Shown here piece after piece: positions 61,095 through 64,000 of a stretch of DNA of 64,000 nucleotides (positions are counted from its first letter, which is position 1; each line of letters begins with the position of its first letter). The notes beneath the pieces are model-generated. The model worked only from the letters and a program-made list of their open reading frames with translations, was not told where the DNA came from and did no database searches. Source of the DNA: Spirochaetia bacterium (GTDB lineage Bacteria > Spirochaetota > Spirochaetia > SZUA-6 > Bin103); the NCBI GenBank assembly GCA_965203515.1, contig OZ241907.1, positions 2,912,001 to 2,976,000 of the forward strand. Reading direction: 5' to 3'. A program made the position numbers and the translations under genes.

Positions 61095-61283
61095 CGTTCG
61101 TCCCTCCTGCCAGGGACGATGTACCTCTATATATCCCCTTGTAAGGTGGGGTTCACCGGACGCTTACGAGCAGATGCCGCAGGCGCGCCTCGGCTTCCTG
61201 ACGGGAGGCGGAAGCGAACAGTTCGTCGGCTGCGAGGTTGGCGGCGAACGGCAAGCGGGTGAAGGCGAAATGGCGCAGATACA

Positions 61284-62633
61284 TCAGTGGTGCTCCTGGT
61301 TGCGGTGGAGGTGGCGGAGTGCCAGCGGCGAGGGCGGCGGCTGGGGAGCCGGAGCGTCGGGTTCGAGGTGCCGGGAGGGGCGGGCGCGCTTGACGGAGGC
61401 GTTGGCGTAGGCGTCGAGGATGGTGGCCTGCCCGGCGTCGGCGCCGTCGTGGAGGACCTGCAGCGGCCGACTGGGCGGCGCGGCGGGGTCGTAGCGCAAG
61501 GTGACGGTGCAGCCGACCAGCAGCGGATCGACTTCGTAGAGGCGGCCGTCGAGGCTGACGGTGCGGTCGTTGATGACGCGGCGTCTGGCCTCGAACAGGA
61601 ACAGATCGTCCAGATCGACGGCGGCCTCGTCGTGGTAGCGGACCTCCTCGGCGCTCAGCGCCCACTGATCGAGGGGGGTGTTGCCGTGCAGGCCGCGATG
61701 GGGGGTGTGGTGGTATTCGCCTTCGATGTAGGACCACAGGCGGCGGTTGAGGGCGTCGAGACTGGCGGTGTCAGACGGCGCGAGGGAGGCGAGCAACTGG
61801 GCGCGCAGGGTGCGGAAGAAGCGTTCGATCTTGCCCTTGCCCTGCGGCTGATAGGGGCGGGCGTGGATCAGGGCGATGCCGAGCTTGGCGCAGATCAGTT
61901 CCAGGTGTCGGGAGCGATAGTTGGCGCCGTTGTCGACGTACAGCCGTTGCGGCAGCCCGCGGCGGATCAGCGCCTGCTTGAAGACCGGCAGGAAGGCGGT
62001 GGTGTTCTCGGCGCGGGCGAAGGCGGCGAACGGACAGAGGCGGGTGGCGTCGTCGAGGAAGGCGATGAGGTAGCACGTGCGGCGCTGACGGCGGTCGGCG
62101 GCGACTGCCGGGCCGTGCATGACGTCGCTCATCCACAACTGGCCGGGGTAGCGGAAGCTGAAGCGGCGGCGGTCGGCGCCGTCAGCGGCGGCGCCGGGCT
62201 GGCGCATCAGCCCCTCGGCGCGCAGCAGACGGTGCACGGTGGAGCGCGCCAGGCGCACGCCGGCCGGGAGATGGCCGCTGTCGTTGGCGTGCTGGATGAC
62301 CTGCCGCACCGACCAGGCCGGATGCTCGGTCTTGATCGCCAGCAGCAACTCGGCCGCCTCGGGCGGCAGCCGCCGCGGCTGACCGCAGTCGGAGCGCGGC
62401 TTGGGGTACAGGGCATCGAAGCCGCCGAGGCGGTAGCGGTGCAGCCAGTCGCGTATGGTCCCGGCGGCCACGCGGGTCCGGTGCGTGCCCGGGATGGTGT
62501 GGTGCTGGGCGGCCTTGGCGCGTACCTGTTCGCCGATGCCCGGAGCGCCGGGCGGCAGCTGGGCCAGGTCGACGATCAAGCCGTAGCGGAACAGCGCTAT
62601 GTCGCGGCGCAGGTCGGCATCGGCATCGTGCAT
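61284..62633 (-). CDS. DDE integrase/transposase (rve core, Mu-like C-terminus)
   Basis: WMSDVMHG, FLDDATR, LYVDNGANY, GKGKIERFFRT and YHHTPHRGL. Confidence 0.9.
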   Translation of the reverse strand: MHDADADLRRDIALFRYGLIVDLAQLPPGAPGIGEQVRAKAAQHHTIPGTHRTRVAAGTIRDWLHRYRLGGFDALYPKPRSDCGQPRRLPPEAAELLLAIKTEHPAWSVRQVIQHANDSGHLPAGVRLARSTVHRLLRAEGLMRQPGAAADGADRRRFSFRYPGQLWMSDVMHGPAVAADRRQRRTCYLIAFLDDATRLCPFAAFARAENTTAFLPVFKQALIRRGLPQRLYVDNGANYRSRHLELICAKLGIALIHARPYQPQGKGKIERFFRTLRAQLLASLAPSDTASLDALNRRLWSYIEGEYHHTPHRGLHGNTPLDQWALSAEEVRYHDEAAVDLDDLFLFEARRRVINDRTVSLDGRLYEVDPLLVGCTVTLRYDPAAPPSRPLQVLHDGADAGQATILDAYANASVKRARPSRHLEPDAPAPQPPPSPLALRHLHRNQEHH

Positions 62634-62684
62634 GGGTCGATCTCCTTGGCGAGCGGGTCATGCGACCCGGTGATGGGACCCAAG

Positions 62685-63284
62685 CTACCGAGGCGGCGCC
62701 CGGGGGACAGGCCCCAGGTGTTGTTGGGCGGCGGAGGTGGGATGACACGGCTCGCTTCGGTGCAGACGGAATCCGAGCGGCGCCGGCAGCGCCGGCAGCC
62801 ACGGGGCGGCCAGCGAGCGCAGCGCTACCAACGCCGCTTCGCTGTCGAGCCGCTGGCGGCAGGCGGTCAGCTCGGCCCGGCAGCCGGCCAGATGCTGCGG
62901 CAGCAAGCCGATCACCGCCCGCAGCGCCTGCCGGACCAGGCGCACGCGGCGGCCCAGCCAGCGCATGGCGCCGGGCAGGGTGATGTCGTCGCGGCCGACC
63001 TGGTCGGCGGCCTGCATCAGACTCGCCGCCTGCTCGGCGTGCACGACCACCGCTTCCAGTTCCCGGAGCGTCCCGGACAGCCGCGCCGCCAGGCAGTCGG
63101 GCAGCAGGCTGAAGGTGGTGTGGCTCTGCGGGCAGTACCAGCGGGCGATCAACACGCCGGCCGGCCTCTTGCGCAGGTAGGTGCCGTGGCGCGCCAACGA
63201 GCAGCTGCCGGGGCGGGGATGATTGGGGCACCGGTCGAGCCTTGCGTGGCGCCACGCTTCGGTGCTAACGTACTGCTCGCCGGC
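62685..63284 (-). pseudogene. Cys-rich transposon-associated ORF, 5' truncated
   Basis: CPNHP...CSLARHGTYLRK...IARWYCPQSHTTFSLLPDCLAAR; no start codon before the junction with the lipoprotein gene. Confidence 0.65.
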
Positions 63285-63749
63285 ATGAAAACCCACCACG
63301 GAACCGTAGTCCTGCTGTTCGCAGCGTTGGCAGCGTTGGCAGCGTGCCAAGCTGCCGCCCCCACCGCCGCCCCGACGACTGCCGACCATACGCACGACCC
63401 CGCTGTGAACGTCCGCATCATAGGACCATACGTCATCAGAGCGGAAGACTTCACCCGTTCGCCAGCATCCTACAACCTTTATAGCGCGACATACTCCGTC
63501 CCAGAGCTTACCCAATCCGTTGTCGACAACGGATTGGTTAGGGCAGAACTCGACATCGCAAACGTGAAACTGTACCAACCTTTCCCCTTCGTCATCGACA
63601 CCGGTACCGCACACGTTAGACTTGATGCACTGGTTGGCGTAAATGGAGTTGGGTTTGCTATCTCCGCGTTTCCATCTACCGCTATCCGAATCGCCCTAGA
63701 GGCAATAGATGGATATCGATGGCGATTAGTCTTGGTAACGCCATCGTAG
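63285..63749 (+). CDS. Hypothetical lipoprotein
   Basis: MKTHHGTVVLLFAALAALAAC lipobox; lower-GC body; 154 aa. Confidence 0.65.
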   Translation: MKTHHGTVVLLFAALAALAACQAAAPTAAPTTADHTHDPAVNVRIIGPYVIRAEDFTRSPASYNLYSATYSVPELTQSVVDNGLVRAELDIANVKLYQPFPFVIDTGTAHVRLDALVGVNGVGFAISAFPSTAIRIALEAIDGYRWRLVLVTPS

Positions 63750-64000
63750 GCACCGACGCTCCAGGAGGATCCGGAAGGAGTCTGTGAAAGCTGGAGCAGC
63801 GCGCGGCGTGCTGCTCCTACCCGTTATCGACCCGCGCGTTGGCTACCATCGCGCGAGGTCGACTTTACGACCCCGTCATGGACCGGCACCGGAAGGAACG
63901 TCCCGGCCCGTGGTCTGTCCACGAGCCGGCCGATCACGCAGAGCGCGCGCCGCCCCGATCACCCGCGCCACTGGTTCACATGGACGTAGACGGCCGCCAC

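Larger units (their letters stand above)
58662..61167 (-). mobile_element. IS66-family element, copy 2 (2506 bp)
   Basis: Same inverted repeats and identical ORF translations as copy 1; target duplication GAGCAGAT at 58654-58661 and 61168-61175. Confidence 0.96.
54776..61284 (-). pseudogene. ExeA/AAA_22-type ATPase split in three by IS66 and IS21
   Basis: Removing the elements and one copy of each target duplication restores MYLRHFAF...RHLL|DLRGIGLLTGEVGCGKT...VDEAQFLR|NDVLTDL...GLPQLIN...ELRP*. Confidence 0.9.
54562..63284 (-). mobile_element. Three-gene transposon (Cys-rich ORF, DDE integrase, ExeA-type ATPase); one end lost; carries nested IS21 and IS66
   Basis: A TGTTGT terminus at 54562 truncates IS3; the integrase and ATPase are coupled by TGATG; the upstream ORF is cut at 63284. 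Confidence 0.65.

Noticed and set aside
45239..61167. IS66 composite transposon
   Set aside because: Each copy has its own matching target duplication, so they inserted independently.
63750..64000. Possible gene or element end at the window edge
   Set aside because: No recognisable ORF, inverted repeat or RNA motif in the available sequence.

Overview
High-GC bacterial window with two parts. Positions 1-27.6 kb are mostly intact genes. They include a minus-strand operon that joins an RsbU/V/W-type partner-switching module to a solute-binding protein, a sensor-domain/HAMP-MFS fusion and a paralogous sensor-only membrane protein. Also present are an MFS-HEAT fusion next to a TPAT-type TRAP system (TatT, QM, P), glycolipid-related genes, pntA1A2B and lhgO. 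Positions 27.7-64 kb are an accessory and defence hotspot. It holds a Dsr1-like SIR2 gene, an ABC-ATPase/TOPRIM (PARIS-like) pair, broken DUF262-HEPN and ImmA-DUF4411 modules, several AAA/PD-(D/E)XK ATPases, an ArsR-permease pair and pentonate catabolism genes. It also holds two apparently identical IS66 copies and a nested stack: an HTH gene hit by IS3, IS3 cut by a three-gene DDE/ExeA transposon, and that transposon hit by IS21 and IS66. Three unusual signals stand out. (i) A ~50-bp TTGAC...ATGAAGCTG promoter/start block is reused in front of unrelated genes. (ii) One copy of a secreted hexapeptide-repeat gene has its middle replaced by the SIR2 gene, and its frameshifted 5' end forms a TAATG-coupled leader ORF. 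(iii) Another copy sits like a cassette inside a ~1.8-kb palindrome-rich tandem-repeat array. All family calls come from motif recognition by eye; no database searches were run.
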